Origin: a virus
Virus record (IMG/VR): IMGVR_UViG_3300046370_000598
Location: 1-64,000 of that record
Length of the DNA stretch: 64,000 bases
Strand: one strand, 5' to 3'
The position numbers were made by a program, and so were the translations under genes. Shown here in pieces: positions 32,916 to 43,400 of this stretch; positions within the stretch are counted from its first letter, which is position 1; every line of letters starts with the position of its first letter. The notes under the pieces are model-generated. The model was not told the origin of the DNA. It did not search any database and worked only from the letters and a program-made list of their open reading frames with translations.

Positions 32916-34709
32916 TTATGATTTAAGTTGTTCGATTTCTTTTTTGAGATCTTCGATCATTGTTTGTTGTTCTTTTGTTGCATTAACAAGAGCTGCGATT
33001 ATAGTTTGAGAATTCAATCCCCATTTGTAATCATCTTCGTCCTTTTCGTTCTTGAAAGCTTCGCGAGGCGCAGCTTCGGGCATGATTGGGTGAACATCTT
33101 GGGCAAAAAATCCAATAGTTGGCTGTTGATCCTCTGGACCCTCTTTCCATGTGTATTTTTTGGGCTGCACTTGCATTATCTCACTTAATCCATATTCACA
33201 ATCACCAAGGTCATTTTTTAATCTTTTGTCGGAGCTTGTGGTTAATTGCTTTGAAGAATTAGTAACAACATCTGAACTTGCAGCTAAACTACTTAAATAT
33301 ACTGCGCCTTCTCCGTTTACTTCCATTAAAGCAGTTCCATTTGTATGAGTGCTATTATTAGACCTAATAGTAAAAACCTTAATACTAGAGTTATTATTTA
33401 TGCAAGATACTGTAACACCCTGATTTCCGCTTGTTGTATTATTAGAATTATGAAGCCAAGCAACAGGAACACCGGGAGTTGATGATTTAATGACATTTAA
33501 TGCATTAGTAGGATTCGTAGTACCAATACCTACGTTGCCGCTGGAGTCGATGCGCATACGCTCATTAAATGAGGCAGTTCCACCAGAACCAAACATTGTG
33601 TGAAATTGAATATTACCATCGCGATTATCAACGGAACTAAAATCTGAATCTTTACCGAATCTTATTTTTGCAACTGCATTATCACCTCCGCCAGAATTTC
33701 TTACCCGAGCTTGGATAGATACAGATTGATTAGTCTCACCAACTCCATAATCATAATTACTTAAAACTAAAGCTAGAGATTCACCATTCGCAACTGAGTT
33801 GTCAAAAATATGTAAATTACCATCAGGATTCGGAGTACCAATACCTACGTTGCCGCTACCAGTCCCACTGTTAAAGATAAATTTATCTCTTGAATTAAGT
33901 GTGAGTGTATCATTTGAATGCTTGTAGATAATAGATCCAGCTCCATTATCATCTGCGTCTCCAAATCTCAATTGAGTTTGACCTGCAGATAAAAACTGAA
34001 TTCCAGTATTTGAAGAATCTTCTATAGTTACACTAGTATTGCTGTTTGTTGAACCACCTGTTAATACTCCCTGTTGAATATGTAATTTATTAGAAGGATT
34101 CGTAGTACCAATACCTACGTTGCCAGATGTGTCTATGCTAAGCCTAGTATCCACACCTTCTCTAATTGTAAAAGCGCTATTTGAAACAATTTCCCAAGTA
34201 TTAGTTGCGTCACTCAGGGCAAGTGAACAATGGTCAGCATCATATATGTGTAAACATTTATTAACTGAGTTTGGAGATGTAGGATTCGTAGTACCAATAC
34301 CTACGTTGCCGTCGGAGGCAATACGCATTCTCTCCAACGAAGAGCCTGTATTCCTATCTATAAAACGAAATGTACCACCGCTAAACCAGAACTGGTCACC
34401 TCGCATTTGGATACCCCCATTAACATCAAGCGATAAATCCGGACTCGTAGTACCAATACCTACATTACCTGCGGAAGAAATAAATAAATCTGGATTAGTA
34501 ATCCCTATCGCTCCTGAAGTACTAACCCCAAAACCTCCACCTGAATGACCAAAATAAACATTTCCATCATTAGCTCCAGAACCTGATCTTTGCAATCTTA
34601 TCGAATCATTACTGCTTTGCTTTAAATGAAGTAATCCATCACTAGGATTTTCTTCGCCGATTCCGACGTTTTCTGTAAAAATTGCTTTTTTTGCTTTTAG
34701 TTTTTTCAT
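32916..34709 (-). CDS. Tail fibre with [10 protein letters not shown]-delimited modules and S74 chaperone
   Basis: Five GNVGIGT(T/P)xP repeats. SSDKRLK...IGFFAQDV...MPEA. Confidence 0.85.
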   Translation of the reverse strand: MKKLKAKKAIFTENVGIGEENPSDGLLHLKQSSNDSIRLQRSGSGANDGNVYFGHSGGGFGVSTSGAIGITNPDLFISSAGNVGIGTTSPDLSLDVNGGIQMRGDQFWFSGGTFRFIDRNTGSSLERMRIASDGNVGIGTTNPTSPNSVNKCLHIYDADHCSLALSDATNTWEIVSNSAFTIREGVDTRLSIDTSGNVGIGTTNPSNKLHIQQGVLTGGSTNSNTSVTIEDSSNTGIQFLSAGQTQLRFGDADDNGAGSIIYKHSNDTLTLNSRDKFIFNSGTGSGNVGIGTPNPDGNLHIFDNSVANGESLALVLSNYDYGVGETNQSVSIQARVRNSGGGDNAVAKIRFGKDSDFSSVDNRDGNIQFHTMFGSGGTASFNERMRIDSSGNVGIGTTNPTNALNVIKSSTPGVPVAWLHNSNNTTSGNQGVTVSCINNNSSIKVFTIRSNNSTHTNGTALMEVNGEGAVYLSSLAASSDVVTNSSKQLTTSSDKRLKNDLGDCEYGLSEIMQVQPKKYTWKEGPEDQQPTIGFFAQDVHPIMPEAAPREAFKNEKDEDDYKWGLNSQTIIAALVNATKEQQTMIEDLKKEIEQLKS

Positions 34710-37700
34710 ATTATTTATTTTCTAAAGTTTCGATTCGAGCTTTAAGATCTTCGATTATTGTTTGTTGTTCTTGGATTGCTTTGGTTAAAAGAGGTACAAG
34801 TTTACTTTGGTCTATACCTTGATAGTCAGGCACTTGCCTTGTTCCCATTTCAGCTTCAGTAATAACATTACCATCATTATCTAATTCTGCTGGCGCAATT
34901 TCGTACTCTTCTTCTCTAACAGCATCCTTTTCTCCGGAAATAGCTTCTGGCACAACTTCTTGAACTTCATGAGCCAAGAATCCATCAACAATTTTTTCTG
35001 GATCTGTTATAAAATTAAACCTACAAGGTTTAAGCTTATTAACTCTTTCTATTGCATTATCAACTTCGACAACATTTTCTTTTAATCTGTAGTCTGAGCT
35101 AGTATTGTATGATGTAGTAGTACCACCTGCCTCTATAGTGCCGACAATACCGTTAGCGTTATAAAAAGCTAAATGTGTTCTCTCTGCAGTCCCAGGTCTT
35201 ACAGTTTTAATACACGAATCCGAGGTACTCTCTGTTTGCCACACATCTAACCGACTCGCAGTAGGATTCGTAGTGCCAATACCTACGTTGCCGTTATCAA
35301 TGATCGACATGTGACGTCTCCAACTCCGAACATTACCAGAAGATGTGGAACCTGATCTTTCTATATGAAGATCACCATTTCCAAAATTGATACGTGAGGC
35401 ACCCACCGGTGCTGTCGCTTTACCTTGTTCATCATAATGCGTCCCGACGATTTGTCCTTGCAGTATGAGATTGCCATGACTATTACGCGGATCTTTGCCC
35501 AACATGATCGCTGGTGAATACGATGCAGCATTGGGTCTGGTTATGTCTAGAGCAGTTTGAGGATTCGTAGTACCAATACCTACGTTGCCGCTTGCTTCGA
35601 TACGCATTTTTTCAACGGGCTCCGTAGTACCAACTGCTCCTGTTGAAAACGATAAGCTACCATCATCCCGAAAGGTTATATCGGATATCCCTGCTGTATT
35701 ATCATCAGTCTGATATGCAGGGACATCTCTATTGTAATTATTAGCTAAACTTATGGACGTACTATCTCCTGAACCCATCCTTGCAATTCTAAAATAACTT
35801 TCAACATTATTGTTGTGTGCTATTGCTACAAAAGATCTTGTATTAGAATGACCTCCATAACCTGTTGTAACTAATTTTCCTTGACTAGGATTCGTAGTAC
35901 CAATACCCAAGTTACCGCTGGAGTCGATGCGCATTCTCTCATTCAAGTTTGAATAAAAGCTCATATTATTACTTGCCACATTGTAACGTATTTGCCCAGC
36001 AGCATTTGCACTGCCAGTTTCACTATCAGTTCCAAAAAACAATCGACAGTCACCTGTATCGTTAGAGAGTTGTAAAATTGGACCAACGCCGCTTGTTGCA
36101 CTATGCATATGTAGACTGCCAATAGGATTCGTAGTACCAATACCTACATTGCCGGTGGAGTGGATGCGCATTTTTTCATCACTAGCGTCCTGACCATCAA
36201 TTTTGAACGAAATTATGCTTGTTGCACCATTACCATTATAGTCAGAGACTAACTCTAAACTATTCTCAGACATAAATCTTCTATTAGAAATTATCTGACC
36301 ATTCACCTCTAACTCAGCACTAGGATTCGTAGTACCAATACCAACATTACCTGTGAAGAACCCGTTTTCTGTTCTGAAATCTTTCATACTATTTGTTTTC
36401 TAAAGTTTGCGTGCGATCAATCAGATCATCGATTATGGATTGTTGTGATTCGTTTTGAGATTTCAAGTCTTCGATCATTGTTTGTTGTTCTTGGATTGCT
36501 TTGGTGAGAACAGGAATCAAAGCTCCCATGCGAATACTTTTTCTATTCACGACTTCACCATCATCAGAGGAGATATTGTGATCACTTACTAGACCCGGAA
36601 AAACTTCTTCCAGTTCTTGAGCTATAAAACCAATTTTCTTTTCTCCAACCTTTTCGGGGTGAAATTCAGAAATCCATTCAAAATTACGAACTTTTAGTCT
36701 TTTAATATCTTCCAGTTTGGAAGTTGCGTCTTGAATATTAGTCTTTAAACGTTCATCTGAAGACAGAAAGCCTGAATCACTTGTCCACACGTCACCGTCA
36801 CTATAAACTCGCATGCGTGTAGCTGTGGCATCAGTGCATCTAATAAAATCCATATGTGTTTGGTCAGGAGATGAATTTAGATATCTAATATGTAATCCAT
36901 GTGGACCTGTAGCTCCTGTAGTCCCACTTGAAGTATTTGTTATTTCAGCCGCAAAATTACCGTCACGGTCATCCGATACGTGCAATTTATAAGCAGGATT
37001 CGTAGTACCAATACCTACGTTGCCGCTCGACTTAATACGCATCCTTTCAGCGGGCGTAGAAAGATTACTACCTGTGTAAAATAACAAATGATGAGAACCA
37101 TCCTCAGTATGATCCTCTCTAAATCCACCGATAGATGCCTTCCCATGTGCAAATAATATTCTTGTTCCCTGATAATTAGTTGGAATATATCGACTGAGGT
37201 ATAATGAGTCAACCCAATCAGGGTTAGCAGCTGTTCCCGCGGCGGCTGTAGAACTATCATACAGATGTAATTGACGAGAAGGATTCGTAGTACCAATACC
37301 TACGTTGCCGCTGGAGTTGATACGCATTCTTTCAAGCTCATCTGTTCCATCATCAGATATGAAGTGAAATGAGCTATGGTTGTTACTTGCGGATAAAAAT
37401 GCCATGGATGAACCGCCGCCCGAAATCTGACTATACTGAGTACTCGGAGCTAGGTCACGGGATATTCTAAACTGAGAGCCCGCTGGCCCATTCACTTCTA
37501 AGGCTACACCAGGATTCGTAGTACCAATACCTACGTTGCCGTTTGAACGTATCGTTAATCTAGCATCTGTACCGTCGCTAATTCTAAGGGATGCAAGAGA
37601 ACCTTCGCTACTAGTAAAAATTTCGTAAGGGCCATTACTGTAACCGCTTCCCATACCGAGAGTAATTCCACTAGTCTCCATTCCGGTTCCGCCACCAACG

Positions 37701-38572
37701 ACCAATACAGAGTCTCTATTGTGTACGGAAACAGGATTCGTAGTACCAATACCTACGTTGCCGCTGGAGTCGATAGTCATATGGGGCGAATCTACTTCGT
37801 ATCCAGATCTGCCAGCAGCAAAATGTAAATCTTGGCTACCGTTAGTGGATGAGGCTTTACCCCATATACCTACGAAATGATCTTCTACCCCATCTGCGTC
37901 AGAATTGGCGATTAGTAACGAACCGCAAATATCACCTACATTCACAGATGAACCGCTTCTATGTGCAACTATATCACCACCTGTTGCGGAAGAAACGACA
38001 AGTGCTGTTCCAAGTTGCAAACCTGTTAAACCAGGATTCGTAGTACCAATACCTACGTTGCCGCCATTGATACCAAACTTACCTGCATTTATAGATAACG
38101 TTATTGCATTATCACTCGCGTCTGTTAATTTAATTGCGTTATTTAATGTAGTATTACTACCGTTTAAAGTTAAACCGACTTGTGATGCCGCGACATAATC
38201 CACTTGCAACTTCGCACTAGGATTCGTAGTACCAATACCTACGTTGCCTGCCACGATAGACATGTCTTCATTAAATGATGTATTATTTCTAGTAAAAAAG
38301 CCTATTCTTCCTTTGCTATTCAAGGCATCATGCGTAACGCCTCTTATAGATGAAAAAGTTTTAGCCAAAGGATCTGCACCATCTGCATCATTGCCGATAA
38401 AATTAATAATACCATGAGCATCTTCATCTGCAGGGGTAGAGGAATCTTGTATCAACGCAATCTCTGCGCCACCTGCACCATCCCTGGTTGATTTTAGCCT
38501 GAGTAAATCATTATCACCTTCAATATGTAATTTCGCAAGTGTTGGATTCGTAGTACCAATACCTACGTTGCC
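33511..38572 (-). repeat. Dispersed 29-bp direct repeat GGCAACGTAGGTATTGGTACTACGAATCC, 17 copies
   Basis: + strand starts of exact copies: 33511, 34096, 34282, 35561, 36996, 37281, 37512, 37734, 38034, 38220, 38544. One mismatch: 33826, 35264, 36125. Three mismatches: 34441, 35888, 36323. Confidence 0.95.
34711..36387 (-). CDS. Tail fibre with [10 protein letters not shown]-delimited modules and S74 chaperone
   Basis: Five repeats. YNTSSDYRLKENV...DGFLAHEVQEVVPEAISGEKDA...QGIDQSKLVPLL. Confidence 0.88.
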   Translation of the reverse strand: MKDFRTENGFFTGNVGIGTTNPSAELEVNGQIISNRRFMSENSLELVSDYNGNGATSIISFKIDGQDASDEKMRIHSTGNVGIGTTNPIGSLHMHSATSGVGPILQLSNDTGDCRLFFGTDSETGSANAAGQIRYNVASNNMSFYSNLNERMRIDSSGNLGIGTTNPSQGKLVTTGYGGHSNTRSFVAIAHNNNVESYFRIARMGSGDSTSISLANNYNRDVPAYQTDDNTAGISDITFRDDGSLSFSTGAVGTTEPVEKMRIEASGNVGIGTTNPQTALDITRPNAASYSPAIMLGKDPRNSHGNLILQGQIVGTHYDEQGKATAPVGASRINFGNGDLHIERSGSTSSGNVRSWRRHMSIIDNGNVGIGTTNPTASRLDVWQTESTSDSCIKTVRPGTAERTHLAFYNANGIVGTIEAGGTTTSYNTSSDYRLKENVVEVDNAIERVNKLKPCRFNFITDPEKIVDGFLAHEVQEVVPEAISGEKDAVREEEYEIAPAELDNDGNVITEAEMGTRQVPDYQGIDQSKLVPLLTKAIQEQQTIIEDLKARIETLENK

Positions 38573-41095
38573 CGAATTATAACTCAAGTTATTAGACCCA
38601 TCTTGATCCCAGTAAGAAGAGGAAGATGAAGAGGTTTCTCCGCCAAAAACTGTATGAATAGTATAATTTGAATTTGGTATATTATCTAAAAATACAGCGT
38701 GATAACCTGTAGCGCTGACTCCGGAAACAGCATAGGGAATTATATCTCCATCCCCATCAATTTCTAGAGTTGTTGCTACTTTTGGCGTTTGAGAAAACGG
38801 TCCAAAAGCAATTGGGTGAGTTAAAGACCCTGAAGGAATATTAGTTTCAAAAGAAGCTGGAGCTTCGCCTGTTGAACTTCCTCCACCTCCCACAAAATTA
38901 GAAGCTTCTAAAGTTCCACTGATGACAACATCACCTAATACATTAAGATTATTTTCGATACCCACATCCCCTAAATCGTAACTTATATTGTTTGTAGGAT
39001 CTTGAGTCCAATGAGAGGTATGTCCACCAAAAACTGTATGCAATATATAATCAGAAGTTGGAATCGCTGTAGAAAATACAGCATGATAACCTGTGGTACT
39101 TACTCCGGAAACAGTATAAGGAATTATATCTCCATCTCCATCAATTTCTAAAGTAGTTGCGATTTTTGGTGTTTCTGAAAATGGTCCAAAAGTAATTGGA
39201 TAACTTGAAGATCCTAGGGGAATATTAGTTTCAAAAGACGGTGGAACTTGACCTGTAGAACTTCCTCCGCCTCCTACAAAATTAGAAGCCTCTAAACTTC
39301 CGCTAATAACAACATTTCGACCGATAATTACATCTCCATCATTATAAAAAATATCTCCAGCATTACCAGTATCCCATAATACATCTTTTCCTCCAAAAAC
39401 AGTATGTATTTTATAATTGTTATTAGGAATTGTTTGAGCAAAAATTAAACTATAACCGCTTGTAGTTACGCCAGATATACTATATGGAATAATAGATCCA
39501 TCACCATCAATTTCTAAGTCTGTAGCGATTTTAGGTGGAGAGCTATAAATATCTGCAAAATTGATTATTTGTACAGATTCTCCAGAAACTAAACTGTTAA
39601 TCATAGCTTCTGGAGCATTGACTGTTGATTGTTGGGAGCCGGGATTAGTTCCTGCGATCCATTTATTGCCGTCCCATTTTATAATATCATTAATCGATAC
39701 TGGTTGGGAACCTCCAATAGATCCATTTTGATCAAAAGAAAAAGTTGATCCTATATTTAAAGAAGAGCTAATATTAACGGTTCCATCAACATCTAATGCG
39801 GAGCTTGGATTACTTTTATTGATTCCAACATTTCCTTGGTTATAATAAATTTCTCCAGCTTCAGAACCTTCTTGCCATTTGCCTAGATTATTTGAAGAAA
39901 TTCCAGTTAAAACAGAATTTCCGCTAACAAATAAACCTTGACTAAAATTACCTATGCCATCTACGTCTAAAGCTGAGTTTGGATTACTTTTATTGACCCC
40001 GACATTTCCTTGATCATAATAAATTTCTCCAGCTTCAGAACCTTCTTGCCATTGGTCTGAACCATTAACAACTCCAGTTAAAACAGAATTTCCACTAACA
40101 AATAGGCCTTGACTAAAATTACCACTTCCAAATACATCAAAATCATACCCTGGGTTATCAGTATTAATTCCAACTTTACCAGAATTATAGTATATTTCTT
40201 CGTAAGCATAAATGGTAATTGTTCCAGTCATATTTGATGGGTGACTGGTGCAATAATATGTATAAATTCCAGCGGATACAGGAGAAAAAGTTGTTACTCC
40301 AGAACTCTCAACAGCAACATCATTTCCATTAGAGTCTTTTATTGCTAATGTATGACCTCCACCAACATTATTAAAAATTAAAGTTTCACCCGTAAAAGCA
40401 ATTAAATTCGGATCTTTGCCAGTTTGATCTCCAGAAAAATTGTAATCTAGGCCATCCCCAGATATATCAAAATTATAAACCTTATCAGAAGTCCCTGAAC
40501 CAGAATTCCATTTACCTAAATTACTAGATGCAGAAGTTATAACTTCTGAACCTCCAACATATAAACTGTTAAAATTACCACTACCATTGACGTCTAAATC
40601 GTATCCAGGGGAACTTTGATGAACTCCAATTTTCCCAGCTTTTATAGTTAAGCCATTATCCGAATCGTCAAATAAACTTAATCCATCTGAATCTAAAGCA
40701 GTGATTTTGTCTGTAGAAATTTTCTTTCCATTTGCAGTGTAAAAGTTTTCGCTGGAAGTCCAAGCTTGAGTGCTATTAATCCAATTTATACTTTTATTGG
40801 TTAATCCATGTAAAGTAATTCCCCCGCCATTAGCTTCTAAATCTGTAGTTGAACCTACACCAAGTTCAATATTTTTATCATCAACCTGTATAGTAGTACT
40901 ATTAACTGTAGTGAAATTACCCTTAACAGTCAAATCTCCATCTATTTGGGTATCACCCGTAACATGCAAATAAGATTCGGGTAAAGTTGTACCTACTCCA
41001 AACTTACCGCCGCTTATACCTATAACAATTTCATTTTCAGTTTCAACGAAAGAATTATCACCACTTTTAATTAAATATACTTGATTTTGGTCCAT
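36389..41095 (-). CDS. Long tail fibre: cupredoxin-like domain, three lectin-like domains, seven [10 protein letters not shown] modules, S74 chaperone
   Basis: LTVKGNFTTVNSTTIQVDDKNIELG fibre motif. H...YYCTSH..NM. Three copies of PK(I/V)AT.LEIDGDG.IIPY..SGV. SSDERLK...IGFIAQELEEVFPGLV. Confidence 0.88.
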   Translation of the reverse strand: MDQNQVYLIKSGDNSFVETENEIVIGISGGKFGVGTTLPESYLHVTGDTQIDGDLTVKGNFTTVNSTTIQVDDKNIELGVGSTTDLEANGGGITLHGLTNKSINWINSTQAWTSSENFYTANGKKISTDKITALDSDGLSLFDDSDNGLTIKAGKIGVHQSSPGYDLDVNGSGNFNSLYVGGSEVITSASSNLGKWNSGSGTSDKVYNFDISGDGLDYNFSGDQTGKDPNLIAFTGETLIFNNVGGGHTLAIKDSNGNDVAVESSGVTTFSPVSAGIYTYYCTSHPSNMTGTITIYAYEEIYYNSGKVGINTDNPGYDFDVFGSGNFSQGLFVSGNSVLTGVVNGSDQWQEGSEAGEIYYDQGNVGVNKSNPNSALDVDGIGNFSQGLFVSGNSVLTGISSNNLGKWQEGSEAGEIYYNQGNVGINKSNPSSALDVDGTVNISSSLNIGSTFSFDQNGSIGGSQPVSINDIIKWDGNKWIAGTNPGSQQSTVNAPEAMINSLVSGESVQIINFADIYSSPPKIATDLEIDGDGSIIPYSISGVTTSGYSLIFAQTIPNNNYKIHTVFGGKDVLWDTGNAGDIFYNDGDVIIGRNVVISGSLEASNFVGGGGSSTGQVPPSFETNIPLGSSSYPITFGPFSETPKIATTLEIDGDGDIIPYTVSGVSTTGYHAVFSTAIPTSDYILHTVFGGHTSHWTQDPTNNISYDLGDVGIENNLNVLGDVVISGTLEASNFVGGGGSSTGEAPASFETNIPSGSLTHPIAFGPFSQTPKVATTLEIDGDGDIIPYAVSGVSATGYHAVFLDNIPNSNYTIHTVFGGETSSSSSSYWDQDGSNNLSYNSGNVGIGTTNPTLAKLHIEGDNDLLRLKSTRDGAGGAEIALIQDSSTPADEDAHGIINFIGNDADGADPLAKTFSSIRGVTHDALNSKGRIGFFTRNNTSFNEDMSIVAGNVGIGTTNPSAKLQVDYVAASQVGLTLNGSNTTLNNAIKLTDASDNAITLSINAGKFGINGGNVGIGTTNPGLTGLQLGTALVVSSATGGDIVAHRSGSSVNVGDICGSLLIANSDADGVEDHFVGIWGKASSTNGSQDLHFAAGRSGYEVDSPHMTIDSSGNVGIGTTNPVSVHNRDSVLVVGGGTGMETSGITLGMGSGYSNGPYEIFTSSEGSLASLRISDGTDARLTIRSNGNVGIGTTNPGVALEVNGPAGSQFRISRDLAPSTQYSQISGGGSSMAFLSASNNHSSFHFISDDGTDELERMRINSSGNVGIGTTNPSRQLHLYDSSTAAAGTAANPDWVDSLYLSRYIPTNYQGTRILFAHGKASIGGFREDHTEDGSHHLLFYTGSNLSTPAERMRIKSSGNVGIGTTNPAYKLHVSDDRDGNFAAEITNTSSGTTGATGPHGLHIRYLNSSPDQTHMDFIRCTDATATRMRVYSDGDVWTSDSGFLSSDERLKTNIQDATSKLEDIKRLKVRNFEWISEFHPEKVGEKKIGFIAQELEEVFPGLVSDHNISSDDGEVVNRKSIRMGALIPVLTKAIQEQQTMIEDLKSQNESQQSIIDDLIDRTQTLENK

Positions 41096-41120
41096 TTTAT
41101 TATTTATAATTTATATTTTA

Positions 41121-41125
41121 TACAC
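41121..41125 (-). promoter_or_regulatory. GTGTA motif (putative phage late promoter)
   Basis: GTGTATAAAAT in the 40-nt intergenic gap, 30 nt before ATG(41095). Confidence 0.5.
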
Positions 41126-41135
41126 CCCTCGTTAC

Positions 41136-43400
41136 TCAACTAGAAACAAAATAGTTCATGAATATTTTTTTTAATTCATACGGATAAGCCATAAAATGAA
41201 TAATAAATGTATCCTCGTCTACCATTCTAGGTTCTGTATTAAACTCATTCATTGGAAATATTTTCCTATTGAAACCAAATCCATCGCTCTTTTTTAATAT
41301 ATCGCACAATATCCCTTGATCGCCGCCGCTTGCATATAAACTACTTTTATCACAATCTACATGCATCCATTTTTTTATTATGTTTTTTGTATAATTATGA
41401 TTTCTAAAAATGACAACTCCACTATTAAGCATCATACCTTTGGCAATTTTTTTGTTGTTCGCACCGACATCTTCACATGCAATAATTTTTTTTATGACAG
41501 TGCATTTAGCGAGTATATCTTCGAAACGTTTTTGTGGATTGTATATGATTGTATCTGAATCCATCCATACAATCACTTCGTGATCATCAAAGTGATTGAG
41601 AATTGCGCGCGCTTTTGACCAATTAGCTGAACCGCCATCGTCAAGTTTTTCTCTATAAACATAAAATGTATAGCCATTTGCCAAACAATAATCTCGCACG
41701 CTCATCTCGGAACATATCGCATAATCTGCAATTTCAGGAGTGTACAAACTAACAATCGCAATTTTCTTTCCTGAATTATAAACTGTAAATTTTTCTTTTG
41801 GTATTTGTATTTGGTTTAAATGTTTGCTTATGTATTTAAGGTAATCGCGGTCAACTAAGCTATACCATTCATTTTTTAATTTTAAAAATTCTTTGTGTTT
41901 TTGCGGATTAACCGTTACCTTTTTTGGTGCATCAGTTTTCGCGGCAATTGTGTTTGATATTTTTTGCTTCAATTGTTTTTTGTATTCGGTCCACCAAGAT
42001 TGTACTTTTTTGGAATGATCGATTATCCATTGTGAATCTTCAAGAAGCATGTTGATATCATTTGATATATTGTTCCAAGATTCAGTTTCAATGAGCGGAT
42101 GCTCGCCAAGTAGGTTGCCCCAATAATCATCCTTTTCAACAATTGGAATTGATCCCACTTCTAGCGCTTCGTACAATCTAAAAGTGTCAACGCTTGTGTT
42201 TCCACGAGGACATGGTACGAAAGTTGATTGCTTTAATATTTTTTTATATTCTTCAGTACTCAAACAATCGCCCGATTGCCAACCCTCGGCTACATGAAGA
42301 TGATATTCGCCATTGCATTTTTCCAATGAATCAATCATTTTTTCGCGATCACCTTGACTATGAATCTGGCCCGCGAAACACCAAGTATATTTTTTATCTA
42401 ATGAACTCATTTTACTTTCTAATAAATAAGGATTATCTATGTAAAAAAAAGTGTTATCCACATCCTCTACTCCAGCAAAGACTTTGATTTTATTATTTTC
42501 TTTTATAATTGATGAGCAATAATATTCAAGAGGAATGTCTTTTAATAATGTTTTAGTTATGTTTGTAATTTTTCCATCAATCAAATCAAAAGAAACAAAA
42601 TATTTATTGTATGCCCATGCAATTTTTTTATCAGACTTAAAATCCTTTAACCTTTCTTGACATAACATACAGTATCTATTTTCGCCAATTTTAATAGGGC
42701 ATGTAGAATTATGCATTAATGGTTTTTGATTCAACTGAATTGAGTTAAAAGATAAACCCTCCAACAACTTAGATGAACTATATACAAGTGGATCAATAGA
42801 ATAGATGCAATAAAAATCATCTTTATCCTTAAATATCATCCAATTTTTTTGAGGAATATTTAATTTTTCTTGATTTAATGTTTTTACAAAATCGATTTCT
42901 CCGGAATTTAAATTCACCCAGCAAATTCCAGGCTCACAACGCCAAGAAAAACCTAAAGGTTTTTTTTCATTCCACGAACCATCTTCTTTTTTTTTGCCAG
43001 AGAAAACAAGTATCTCGCTAAATACAGAACAACATGCCAGACAAAAAATAGATCCATTTCTCTCTTCAATGGAATTTTCCACAAATCTAAGATCTTCTAT
43101 TTTATGTTTATTAGTTCGATCCAAATCTACCATTCTAGAGGTAAAGTATGAATAATTTTTAAAATTAAATTTACATTCTTTTTTCTGTCCTGAATTTTTA
43201 ACCAAAATATAGCTGGCGGCACTTCTGTAAAAATCTACACTTATTCCATGAGACGAGACGCAATGTGCAGGAGTATTCTGGGGATAATCAGCTTGCCTAT
43301 ATAAAATATATTCATCTCCATTGCATTTTATAGCAGAAGGGTTGATCTCACACTGTATACTGTTAGACTTAGTCATGAATACACTTGTTCTTTGAATCAA
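41136..43400 (-). CDS. Multidomain glycosyltransferase: unknown N-domain, exostosin/GT47-like C-half, GT34-like domain
   Basis: YTWCFAG...FVPCPRGN..VDTFRLYEALEVGSIPIV (GT47-like). WSKARAIL...IVWMDSD...LNSGV...DQ...FIIHF (GT34-like). True start may be ATG 43376. Confidence 0.75.
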   Translation of the reverse strand: MIQRTSVFMTKSNSIQCEINPSAIKCNGDEYILYRQADYPQNTPAHCVSSHGISVDFYRSAASYILVKNSGQKKECKFNFKNYSYFTSRMVDLDRTNKHKIEDLRFVENSIEERNGSIFCLACCSVFSEILVFSGKKKEDGSWNEKKPLGFSWRCEPGICWVNLNSGEIDFVKTLNQEKLNIPQKNWMIFKDKDDFYCIYSIDPLVYSSSKLLEGLSFNSIQLNQKPLMHNSTCPIKIGENRYCMLCQERLKDFKSDKKIAWAYNKYFVSFDLIDGKITNITKTLLKDIPLEYYCSSIIKENNKIKVFAGVEDVDNTFFYIDNPYLLESKMSSLDKKYTWCFAGQIHSQGDREKMIDSLEKCNGEYHLHVAEGWQSGDCLSTEEYKKILKQSTFVPCPRGNTSVDTFRLYEALEVGSIPIVEKDDYWGNLLGEHPLIETESWNNISNDINMLLEDSQWIIDHSKKVQSWWTEYKKQLKQKISNTIAAKTDAPKKVTVNPQKHKEFLKLKNEWYSLVDRDYLKYISKHLNQIQIPKEKFTVYNSGKKIAIVSLYTPEIADYAICSEMSVRDYCLANGYTFYVYREKLDDGGSANWSKARAILNHFDDHEVIVWMDSDTIIYNPQKRFEDILAKCTVIKKIIACEDVGANNKKIAKGMMLNSGVVIFRNHNYTKNIIKKWMHVDCDKSSLYASGGDQGILCDILKKSDGFGFNRKIFPMNEFNTEPRMVDEDTFIIHFMAYPYELKKIFMNYFVSS

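Noticed and set aside
33511-38572. CRISPR array interpretation of the 29-bp repeats
   Set aside because: Spacers are 130-300 bp, variable in length and in-frame coding within long ORFs. There is no leader or cas operon.
32916-41095. Diversity-generating retroelement acting on the fibres
   Set aside because: No reverse transcriptase and no TR/VR pair with adenine-specific mismatches was seen in this window.
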